NCBI GenBank assembly: GCA_035084275.1
Contig: CM068748.1
Coordinates: 9,672,001 to 9,736,000, forward strand
Direction: 5' to 3'
Source: Hydrolagus colliei
Taxonomy: Eukaryota
DNA: 64,000 nt
A program made the position numbers and the translations under genes. Numbering within the stretch: the stretch's first letter is position 1; every line of letters starts with the position of its first letter. Below the pieces are notes generated by a model. It saw only the letters and a list, made by a program, of their open reading frames with translations. It ran no database searches and was not told where the DNA came from. Below are positions 10,978 to 22,391 of this stretch, piece by piece.

Positions 10978-12645
10978 GTTGGGGTTTTGGCCCCTTAATC
11001 ACTCTTTCCCTCTCGCGCGTGTGCACATCTCAACACCCCCGGCAATATGTGTGCCTGTCTGTATTTCTTTCTTTATATATATATCTATATACATTCTCTC
11101 TCTTCTCTCTCACCCACTCCAACCTCAACCCAAACACTAATAAAGTATTTCCTGGTGTATATCTTTGTTAAGTCTGTATCTTACACCATTCATTCCCGCT
11201 CGGCAAGCAACAAACAACAAAGACTTAAGAGTAGGATCTGGATCATTTGCAACGTTCTTCCTCTTTCCCAGCGGTGGAATAACTTGCCAACATTGCCTGC
11301 ACATGTACGATAGCCATTTGGATGAGCCTACAGAAGTCTGCCTGACCCTTGGTAGGAAGAAATCGGAATGAAACAACTTCAGGATAGAAAGGGAGGAAAT
11401 TGGCAAAAGAGATCATGAATATCATTTAGAACGACTGCAGCTGATTTGAAAGCATTTGCGAAAATCTTCTTGCGTGTAACAAAAGTATTTTCTTTTTAAA
11501 GAAATTATCCTGGACATTCATAAGCTTTGCTAAATCAACAATTTATTTCATATTATCATGATGTCAGTTTCAGCACTGCTGAGCTTAACAGCATTTCATA
11601 CACAAATCTGACTACACACAATTAAAATTAGAACTCTGTTGGAACATTTGTATCACATTTCGTCACCATGATGTTGTTGGATGTCAACCCACGTTTACAC
11701 CTTTGACTGTTCCTTTTTATAGTTTAGGGTTCCATCTGAAATCAATTAGAAACTTATTCATAATAATAACAGCTAAACTATACACAGACACACGTGGTGC
11801 ACGTCTTTGGTAAGGAGGCGGTTTGAAACGATTTTCTGAGTGCACAGTGGAATAAATGCTATTTATTCAAAGTTCAAATGACATGATGGAAACAGGAAGT
11901 TTACTGCAAACAAAGATCCCTAAAATTAAACCTTTCAGTGATATCTGTTTGCGATTCAATGGAAGTCAGAATAAGATGCTGGTTTGAGCAGAAGTACAAC
12001 ATTAAGAGGTATATGGGTGAAATTAAATAAGCAGCAGATGAGTTTTACTAAGAGATGAACACATATTCCAAATGTTAAATTTATAATTGTGTTCAATATT
12101 TGTTAATAGATCTCAATCAAATATGATTATTAAATCTACATTTTTTTGTGGAATAATAATAATATAATATACCTTGCATTTGATATAGAACTGTTAAAGT
12201 AGAGAAGACATTTCTTCAACCATAGAATATTTGGCCTAAAAATTTTCAGGATATGTATAATAGCAGTATGGGAAGTGAGAGCCATGACTACACATGAGTT
12301 GGGGAGGTAGAATGTTTTTGTTTCTAAAACTAGGCTAACAGCATCATTAACCATTGACATTTTTATTACCTAGCACCACAATTATGATTAATGAATGGGA
12401 AAGTATGTATATATTTTACTGTTCATCTTATTGTACCCATTTCAATTACCTCATCAATAATTATACCAATTATCATTATTGAACTTGCAATAAAAATATC
12501 AAGGATTCACAAAAGAGTAAAATGCAAGATCGTTAAGTTGCATCACTGTACTTTGGTGGCTTAGTAACTGAAACAAATTTAACAGATACTTGTCCGATTT
12601 TCTACTTTTTCATGTTTCTTTTTCTTAAAGGTAGATTTATAATTA

Positions 12646-12929
12646 TAATAATAATCCTTGCATTTGAAATAGCGCCTTTCACATCTCAAAACACTTCACA
12701 GAATATACTGTAAAGTGAATTGACTATGTATCTGTGGGCTCAACATGGCGGCCAATTGCGCACTGCAGTGACCCACAAACAATCGTGGATTGAGTGACCA
12801 AATTATTATTGTTTGTTTAGAAAGTATTATAAAGAGTATGGAGTAAGGAAACCTGCCCAAGGTTTCACCCGGCCTGGAATCAGACTCAGGTCTCACGCTT
12901 GTCAGCTGAGTGCTCTAACAGGACTCCAC
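12646..12929 (-). mobile_element. tRNA-derived SINE (major family)
   Basis: Reverse-complement match; small deletion in the head. Confidence 0.85.
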
Positions 12930-13971
12930 AACTTACCTATGTTCATCAAAGTGAGGAAAGCTGGCTTGGAAGAATGTAATCTCCATTTTCGGTTAACCCA
13001 TTGGCTATCCAATCCGTTAATACCAGAAGGGTGCCTTAATCTATGCCTACATTCAATCATGCCGTCCTTCCTATAATATTGCTTGAAGAAGCAAAGGGAA
13101 AGTGTTAGGAAAGTTTGTGGTAAATTTCAGCCACAATAAGGGAAATAGGTATCACTTTACCAGAGATGTGGCAAGAGTTTCCTATTTGTGATATCTAATA
13201 GCAATGCCTGGTGGTGCAAGTCATTTTCTTCTAGTACTAAATGGGAGCAGTCAACTACTCCTTGTACTTAGTGAAAGTCAGGCAGGTTCATCATGATAAT
13301 GGGTAGTAACCTGACAGATGGCAACTCTTCTACACAGTATTTGCATTTTATTTTCCTAAGAGAGAAAGCTATGTCAATTGCCTAGACTGTAGTATGTTTT
13401 AGACACAGTGTTACAGTATTTGCCAACAGGAATTGTAGCGCACAGTCCATAATATTGTGGGTATAGCTCTCTGCTTGGGAAATCCCGTACTGCTGCAGTT
13501 AAAAAGCTGCTTCTGACAACTCAAGTTAGGCTGCGCTCAAGTGGTGCAAATCAATGGAACTAGATTCACATCTGTAGAGGCCATCATAATTTTCCATTCA
13601 CTAGTACTATATTTTTATACTGATGACCTTTTCCCCTTATTAGTCATCTTTATGTTGTATGTCATTAAATAGCAAATAAATTTCCCTTCCATGTATTAAA
13701 AAGGAAGTAGGTCACAAGGCACTTCGGATGAACAGGGCCTTTTGGGAAATGAGACATTTCATCTCATCCTTCTAGAATACTCAACCTACTGTACTCCTAT
13801 TAAATTGCTTTTTTAAAAGAATCCAGTATCCTCTCCTCAACCACACATCTTGGTAAACCATTCCAGCTGTTACTCTCTACTAAGAGAAACGTGTGCAATG
13901 TTTGTGTTGGATTCTGCATGTTTTAGTGCAAAATCTAGTTAAATAACCTTACCTTTGCAGCTGGTAAATCG

Positions 13972-14297
13972 ATAATAATAACCAATAATGATAATCTTTG
14001 TCTTTGATATAGCGCTTTTCACGTCTTCTAGACGTTGCAAAGTGCTTCACAGAATATACTGTACAGTGAATTGACTATATTTGTGGGTGAAATGTGGCAT
14101 CCAATTGTGCACAGCAGTGTCCCACAAACACTTGTGGATTTAAATTGAAATGACCAAATTATTATTATTTTTTCCGAGGAATTATTATCAGGCGTGTGGA
14201 ATAAAGAAACTTGCCCAAAGTTTTGTCATGCCCGGAATTGAATCCAGGTCTCTCACTTGAAAGGCAATTGGTTTACCACTGAGCCACAGGGCTCCAC
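13972..14297 (-). mobile_element. tRNA-derived SINE (major family)
   Basis: Reverse-complement match to 2112-2424. Confidence 0.88.
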
Positions 14298-17200
14298 AGA
14301 ATATTGGTAATAATTGAGGTGGAATATTCTAAATCAAAATAGTAATATTGGTGGTAACAGAAAGGGTAGTGTTTGACACAGTTACACCTTGGAACACTAA
14401 AACTTGGCATTAATCTTGGAGGGCAAGTTCGTAGCTGATATTGGGCAGCAAGAGATCTCAGGGTTTGCCTTCATATATTTATCAAGCATACCTTCAGATG
14501 TGGCAGAATTTTTTTTAAATCAAGGTATCTTTGGAAACACCTGTTGAAAGCTAGTTTTAAACGTTTGACGAAGAAAAGCAATCAGGATTTAGAGGAAAGG
14601 GAAATATGGCTAAAGTACAAAAATACAGCTTTTTAAATAATTTTGTTTAACTACATAACGGCTTTCACATGTGATAATGTTTTGAGAGCAAAAGGGCAGA
14701 TAGTAAAAAAAAGGTTAATATTCAATTAGTATAATTTTTAGCGCTACTTCTATTAATTGCTATTCTATTCCCAGAAGTGTAGGATAAAGTACTCTGTGGG
14801 TGGGGAGCAAAACTTTGTGTAGAATTTATATATACATACATCCTTTTTCTACAAGCCCTTATAATGCTTACCATGTTACTTATCTCAAACCATGTTATGT
14901 TTCAAAACCATCATGTAAAGATAACAAATACTTGTTATCTATACATGACAGTTTTGTAAGTAATGGGGTGTTATCGAGGACATGTATGAAAAAAGGATGA
15001 CATTTAAAGCGGAGCTCAACTAATATTTTTGAAATTCTAAGTGTTCTGGTGTGCATTCATGTAATGCTTTTCACATCAAATAGCTTGAAAATATGAGAAT
15101 ATAGAGTATAGAAAATATGGTATAGTTATTTAGTATTTCACCATTACATTAATATTAACCCAACATTTCTATTCACTGTTTCCATTCTTTACTGCGTTAG
15201 CATTTACTTTTGGAGAATTTTAATTTGATTACTGCCTTAGATCTACAACATTCCCTTCGGACCTAGTATTAATCAGTAGGCAATGATGTACTGATGCCCT
15301 TATAATGTTTTGATTTTGTTCCCTAAATTTAGTATTTTTAAAAGTAACAGGTAATTCTTCACTCTGTAAGCTACTGATTGGTGATTGCCAATAAGGATAA
15401 ATGAAAATACATTATGATCAATTACTGTGTTTTCATTTACTAATAATTTACTGCTATTACTAACTCAAATCATGGCTTTAAATGACCTATTTTCTTTTGT
15501 GGAATTAAACAAAAAGAACAATTGGAGTGCAATTTGAATTTGAAATAATCCAAATATTGTTACTGCAACATTTCTAACTGTTAAATTTCCAGTTTACCAG
15601 AATGTTTACCAGAATAATGTTGTTATTAACATTTATGAAACATATGCACCATAGTAAAAGTTAAAACCAGGAATTATTTTAGACCAGTGAATTTCCAGTC
15701 AATATAAGGTCTGTTAATTGTGAACTGAAGTTGTCAGCTCCTAGTATCAAGAAACAAAACAAAATGCAAGATGAGAGTCTCTGAATTGCATCTCTAAATC
15801 TGTATTTAATGTCAATTTTTATGAAGGTTGGATTGGTTCTGTCTGTAGTTTTACTGCTGAAATGCCCCCTCATTAGACATTCAATCAATCATCTTGTAAA
15901 TAGCACTTCAGGGATGAACCGTTTTTTTGTATATCTCTAAAGCATTTGAAAACCATTAAGTACTCGTGAACTTCAACCTACTTTAGTATTTGAGGTGTAA
16001 AACTGCTTTTTAATTTAACCCAGTTTTTATAATTAAACAGAATAAGTACAAGGCTCCCTATAATTCACTTATGCTATGAAAAATAATGTTCTTTTAATGT
16101 TTCTCTGAAGACTTGCCATCACTTTCAATTTAGAATTTAGTTATGTACTTTCCCTTAGGAATGACTTACCCTCTCTCAAACATGTCAGTGTCAGTCTTGA
16201 TTACTATCTTGGTAAGGTTCATTGCTGTCAGTATTGCCAATCCACATGTCAGATTACAGCTGCTCCTAGTCTACCTGCAAGAATTTAACTTGTCATTTGT
16301 TGATTGGTAGGTTTGTCACTTGCAAATGTTCTATACAGTACCTTAACATCACAGCACAGTGGCAGGTCTCCCTTGAGAGAGATTGAGGTTTAGGGATAGT
16401 CAGCAGTCATGGCAAACAGCAGGATTCCCCAAGTGACCATAGCTACTTCCTCCCACACACATCTTTGTTCAAATGCCTGTTCTCCATTAAGCTCAGATGC
16501 AACTGTAGCATTATCCTCAGGCAGATTTAGCATTAAAGAGGCTAAGATGCAAATGACTGGCCAAAAGATTGAGACTAAGTTTTATGGAACTGACCCAAAC
16601 AAAAAATTATTATGGAGTAATTTCCCACTAATTGCATTTACAGTGAAGATTTTAATATTAGAGCAATTACAAAGTGTAGTAATTTAAGTCTAATAAACCA
16701 AACTGGGAATTAAATTGATTTCAGCAATAATTTAATAAGTTTCACCACCGAAATAAACAAATGATCAAACTAGGAGACAGCTGTTGACAAATCACATGAA
16801 CATTACACTAGAGAAGGTCAAATGCATGACCCAAAGCTCTTTATGTTACCTAAATAAAGACAGTATAAGTTGTTTAACTATTTTTAACAGTTTCATTTCA
16901 TCTACAGAAAGGAAAAATGAAAACACAAAGCCTCAGCAGCAAGCCATTATCACTCTGACTGGGGAGAGGGGAACCACCTGCGGAAACTGCCCCTCTTCTG
17001 TTTTTCACCCAGCAGAACCTTCCAAATGATGATTAATCACTGAATAAACTCAGGGTCTGACAACATGATAATAGGGGACAGAAAGCAGGAATTGGGAGAA
17101 GCCAGTGGGTGCATGTGGACCAGTATGGGTGGGTGGAAGGCCAAAGAAGATGGATGACCCTATAAATGGCTTATGTTTAAGAACCTTTTCTTTTGCAAGT

Positions 17201-17843
17201 GAAAACTAACGTTCCTGACAAATCCAAGCACTTACTGCAACACGTGTCAAGCTGACACACGTCCCTGAGCTGAATGACAAAAGTTCTGCTAAGTAACTTC
17301 TGCAATACAAAACATAATTTATGTTAACGTTTGATACGTGGTAGTTTAAAAAAAAATTTGGTGCTGATTTGAGGGACGGAACATAACTGAGAGTTAACAT
17401 ACATAGTGAATTGAGAATAAATTATCAGTGAATTTCATATGACACTGCAATCCATTTTCTGCAATGAAATCTGTAGGGTTTACTGATTATAACATCAATT
17501 CATCCCACCATCTTCTGATCTAATTTGAAATGAAATGAATCATGGGATCTTAACACCACAGATGTGAAACAATTATACCATGTAGTGTTGTAAAAGATCA
17601 CATTTTCCATAGGAAGAAATCCAATAACTCACTTTGGGCCCCAACATTCCTAATTTCATAATAAAATAGGAGTAACGGCAATGTAACAAAATGAAATCAT
17701 ATCAGCACACAACATTTCTAATTTTTTTGTCAGAAATGAAATTTCATTTGCATTAATGAGAAATGGAGATGAAGTGGAGATGATGTGTTTGAGAAGGGAC
17801 CTGATAAAAGTCAAATTATGAGGTTCTCACTAAAGTGGACATG

Positions 17844-18241
17844 AATAATAATAATGATGATAATAATAAAGAATCCTTGCATTTGATATAGTGCCTTTTC
17901 ATGTCTCCAAGACATTTTAAAGCACTTCACAGAATATACTGTTAAGTGAATTGACTTATTTTGTGGGCGAAATGCAACAGCCAATTGCACACAGCAGTGT
18001 CCCCCAGACAATCGTGGATTGAGTGACAAGAATTATTTAAATTTTTAAAAAGTTTAAAGGGATTATTGGCACTGGAAAAGAGATCAGCCAATCAACTGAC
18101 AACTGGGTTCCTACTTACTGCTCGGTGGACAGCAGCATGCAGAATAAGGAAACATGCAACGTTTCACTCTGTTCGGGAATTGAACCCAAGTCTTCCTGCT
18201 TGCGAGGTGAGTGCTCTAACCACTGAGCTACAGCTCTCCAC
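17844..18241 (-). mobile_element. tRNA-derived SINE, long variant with extended CORE-like segment
   Basis: Same head and tail plus an extra ~70-bp internal segment (CCTACTTACTGCTCGGTGGACAG on +); a + strand tail fragment follows at 18246-18303. Confidence 0.8.
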
Positions 18242-19076
18242 ACACTGTGAAGTGCTTTGAAATATTCTCCCAATGCCACACTAAATGCAAGGATTATTAT
18301 TACTAATAATGAAATCCCACTTGAAAGAAGGTTCATTTATCCAAGCAATCTTGGACTTTAAGTGCCTAGAAACTAAAGTGGTTAGCTTAACTCTGAAAGC
18401 AGGTTTGCATCTAGTGACAAAATGGTATAAACTAGTTCTTTGAGTTCAACAGGATTGTATATAGTTTATTGCAGTGCCTTTCAATAGTAGGAAATTGTGC
18501 AAAACAGATTTTAAAACATAATACAATAGAGTATATAATAAAGGATCAATTGTAGGGGAGTTTAAGAGTTGTACGAAATGGTAAAATCTGCACTTACACG
18601 TTACCAGTTTTACAACAGTATATACAGAGAATAATTATGTGGCTGAGCAAATGTTCTCTAAATAAATATTCTCTTCAACTGGGTGATCTTGGTACAAAGC
18701 CAACAGCATAGACAGAGACAAGAGAAAAAAACAGAGCTATGATAATATGTATGGTGAAGCACAATGATCATGACAGAGCAGTGAGAGAAAAAGGATGCCA
18801 AACTATTATAATAAGCTATTTGCTTAAGTGAAGAATGTTGAATCGATTATATGACCCTTTTTAAACCCTTAGCCCATTGAATACAGATTTCTACTATGTA
18901 CTCCAAAGGATTTTCAGGTCTTTAGTGGCTGAAGGTTAATGGAATTATACGGTTGCAATGTCAGCAAGCAACAGAAATCGCTTTGTAACAGAATAGGTTC
19001 ACTATTATAATTCTGTCCAAATGTTGATTCAGCTGAATGAATAATACCTATTGCATTGAATGTGCTAAGTTAAGTA

Positions 19077-19390
19077 AATAATAATAATAATTCTTGCATT
19101 TGATATACTGCTTTTCACGTCTTCTAGACGCTTCAAAGCACTCCACAGAGTATACCATAAAGTGAATTGACTGTATATTCATGGGTGAAAAGCAGCAGCC
19201 AATTGCACACAGCAGTGTCCCACACACAGTTGTGGATTGAGTGAGAAAATTCTTATTATTATTATTTTTAGAAGGATTATTATCCCCGGATACGTGATCT
19301 GCCAATTGACTAACAACCGGTTTCCTACTTACTGCTAGGTAAACAGAGGCATGTGGAGTAAGGAAACTTGCCCAACATTTCACCCTGCCA
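19077..19390 (-). mobile_element. SINE long variant, 5'-truncated
   Basis: Tail, body and extra segment CCTACTTACTGCTAGGTAAACAGAGGCA. Confidence 0.82.
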
Positions 19391-20440
19391 TAAAACCAAT
19401 ACTACAACTTGCTAGTGTTTATCAGAATTAGGCATATTAAAGATGTAATAGGGTGCTATATCAAATCTAAGGACTGTTATGTAACTCATGTATTGTTGAA
19501 TTACAGCACACAGTGCGCCAAGTGACATCAAACTGGCATTGTGCTGTATTCTGTATTGATTAAATAAAATCAGATTGTTCCATAAGGCACAATAATGCAT
19601 CATATATCCAATTATTACTAGTAGAAATAGCCTTAACAATGTAAAATCTAAAAAGACTGACATTAAAGGCAAATCTGTTTAAAATTTCTTGATTTTGTAG
19701 AATTTTTAATAATAATAATAATGGTTTTAAACAATCACATATCGTGCAATATCAACAATGTTACTTCAAGCCCAGGATATGCTGCTGCTTTGTAAAATAC
19801 TATACTGCAATCTGTGTTTTGTATACATCAAGTTGGAGTTCCATTTTTTACCAGAGGGGAGACATGTTGTTCAATGGCAGAAAATTGAATCAAGTGATTT
19901 TTTTACAAGCAAAAATAAGGCTTCAATGCTTTCGTTTTGAAAACCTATCTTGTAAATTGATAAAAATTCTTGGAATGTAACTTTTATCAAATAAAGAATA
20001 ATGTTTACACATGTGTGTTACAAATAAACCTGTTCTGGTTAAGTTTTCTTAAAAAATTGCCTCCTTATATATCTCAATTGTTTCTTTTTATAATCTATCC
20101 AGCTCCCTCTTGAATTTGTCAAAATCCTCTATTCACCTCCAGTCCACTATATAAAGCAGTTAAATATTTTTAATCTTGTGTCCTCTGAACCTGATCTGCC
20201 TCATTGAGCTTGTGGTTATTTCCAAAATGTCTCTGGGATCAATATATTTATATGCCTTAGAAAGAATCAGTAAAACTAGCTATTTTTCTGCCCTGTCAAC
20301 ATTCTCTTTTAAAGCCTTATAATTCAGGTGCTTTCCGCAGCACCCTCTCAATGTCAGGCCATTCCGATGTAATAAAGTGACCATAATTGTACACCATGCA
20401 AATGATATAGTTCAACTAGTCACATCAGCCTGTCAGCCAT

Positions 20441-20930
20441 GGTAGCCCTCTCACCTCTGAGTCAGAAGGTTGTGAAATGAACTCCAATCAGGTCACTGAA
20501 CTCACTGAAGCGCAGTCCTGAGTGGGAGGGGGGTGGGGGAGGGGCTGCTTCCTTGTTGGAGGTGGATGATACCTTAATAGATGATATGTTAAATCAAGGC
20601 AATGTCTGCCTGTTCAGATAAATGTAAAAGATCCCATGAAGCTATTCAGAAAGAGGAGGGAGATTCTCCCAGTGTCCTGCTTAACAACCCCTCACATCCC
20701 TTGTAAAAAAAAGTACCATGGTAATGGTGGTAGGATCATGGTAGCACCACCATTACCATGGTACTTTTTTTTACAAGGGATAGAACACGTCAATCCCTGT
20801 TTTCATAAGTGTTAGCAGCATTTTGCTGCATTTACCTACAAAAATACACAGTACCTATACGTTACAGTGAATCCTGTGAAATGCTTGAGAAGTCCTTCAT
20901 CTTGAAAGGCAGATTATTATTGTTATTATT
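20441..20930 (+). mobile_element. Deu-domain SINE containing a palindromic MITE
   Basis: Head GGTAGCCCTCTCACCTCTGAGTCAGAAGGTTGTG; Deu-like GTAAAAGATCCCATG; decayed tail. Confidence 0.7.
20698..20779. mobile_element. 82-bp palindromic MITE (CCC...GGG ends, AT flanks)
   Basis: Perfect 36-bp inverted repeat 20696-20731 / 20746-20781, including the flanking AT. Confidence 0.75.
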
Positions 20931-21254
20931 TTAAGAGGCTTCTTCAAGGATGAGATAAAAGTAATGTTTCACTTTTATGCACTGAGTATTCTAAGAGTGG
21001 ACTAGATCCCCTAAAGGGCTCGGAATTGTCATGTAAAATGGGGGCATCAATTCATGGGGGATGCCAAAAGGTTTGGGTAGAAACTTGACTAAGAGCCCCA
21101 GGCCTTCTACTGCCTTTTCTTTCCTTTAGTTTGCTCGGCTCAACAACATTTCCAACATGATCCCTCAGAGTTCAATTGTGTTTTGCAATCAGTAGAACCA
21201 GTTCCAAAATATTTCCATGATGAATATTTGGATTGTCAAGTTTGTATGGACTCC

Positions 21255-21331
21255 ACTATTGTGAAGCGCTCTGAGATACCGTCTGGCATGGAGGGCACTA
21301 TATAAATGCAAGTTGTTGTTGTTGTTGTTGT
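21255..21331 (+). mobile_element. L2-type 3' tail (second family)
   Basis: Matches the tail of the 50.2-kb L2; (GTT)n. Confidence 0.65.
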
Positions 21332-21439
21332 ATGCTCCTTCATTCAGACCTGTTCAGTGATTACTCATCCCTCATTTTCCAATCAGTTGACTACTTCAAT
21401 AACGGGGTCGAAAATCTCACATTATTCTGCTTTTCTTCT

Positions 21440-21620
21440 AGGAACAAAGGAACAAGAATAGGCCATTCAGCCCCTCATGCCTATTGGGCCATTCTATGAG
21501 ATCATAACTGAGATGTACCTCAAACTCCAATCACTCACCTTTGCCCCATATTCCTCGATTCCCTTACCTGACAAAAATCTATCCATCTCAGTCTTGAACA
21601 TTTGAATGGATCCAGCAATC
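21440..21620 (-). mobile_element. CR1 LINE 3' fragment
   Basis: Encodes FKTEMDRFLSGKGIEEYG, similar to the CR1 ORF2 C-terminus; GGCTGAATGGCCT tail. Confidence 0.7.
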
Positions 21621-22225
21621 ATCTGGCAACTTTTTTCTGGAGCTGAACTGAACAAAGTTGAATTGATATTGCAACCTCTCTTTCCAGCAATTTCAGCCAC
21701 ATAAAAATTTGTGTGATTTCTTCTTTTTGTTTAAAAAAATGTCAGGAGCCATTCACAGGGAAACTCTGGAAATTTCCTGATTTCCCACATACCACGTCTG
21801 CCCTTTGAACTACTGTATATCAACAAATTCACTTTTATTTCTCTTAAGAAATTTTATCATCAAAAAACAGTAGAATTTAACCACGACAATTAGTAATTGC
21901 TCAGCATCTAAAAATATATTTTTTAAACTAATCAACTGCTGGCAGAACTTGGGAAATAACAGTCCTGCCATTCTTTTAGGTTTTCAACTTCTAATTCAAA
22001 CACTATGATGCCAAATTAAACACTTTAAATTACATTAATAAAGCTACCCAAATGTCAGGGAAACTGTAATCTAAACCATGAAAATAAACAACAAAAATAC
22101 AATTTAACAAATCTGTTCACTCCCACCTCAACTTTAAGGGATCAATAAGTCCCTTAAAGTTGAGGCTGAAAATTACAATAAATAAATCAAATTGTAAACA
22201 TTGCATCAATTCGAAAAGCACAACT

Positions 22226-22391
22226 AATAATAATAATAATCTTCACAGTTGATATAACGTATTATCACCTCTTTGAGGTGTCTCAAAGTGCTTCACAGAA
22301 TATACTGTAAAGTGAACTATATTTTGTGGGTTAAACGCAGCAGCCAATTGCACACAGTCGTGTCCCACAAACAGTCATGGATTGAGTGACT
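22226..22391 (-). mobile_element. SINE 3' half
   Basis: Tail and body match the major family. Confidence 0.8.

Noticed and set aside
11137-11425. Overlapping ORFs with CxxC motifs
   Set aside because: Short, no complete zinc-finger pattern and no exon structure; could be a non-coding element.
17960-17970. EGR-like TTGTGGGCG inside SINE bodies
   Set aside because: It is part of the SINE consensus, so it was excluded from enhancer evidence.
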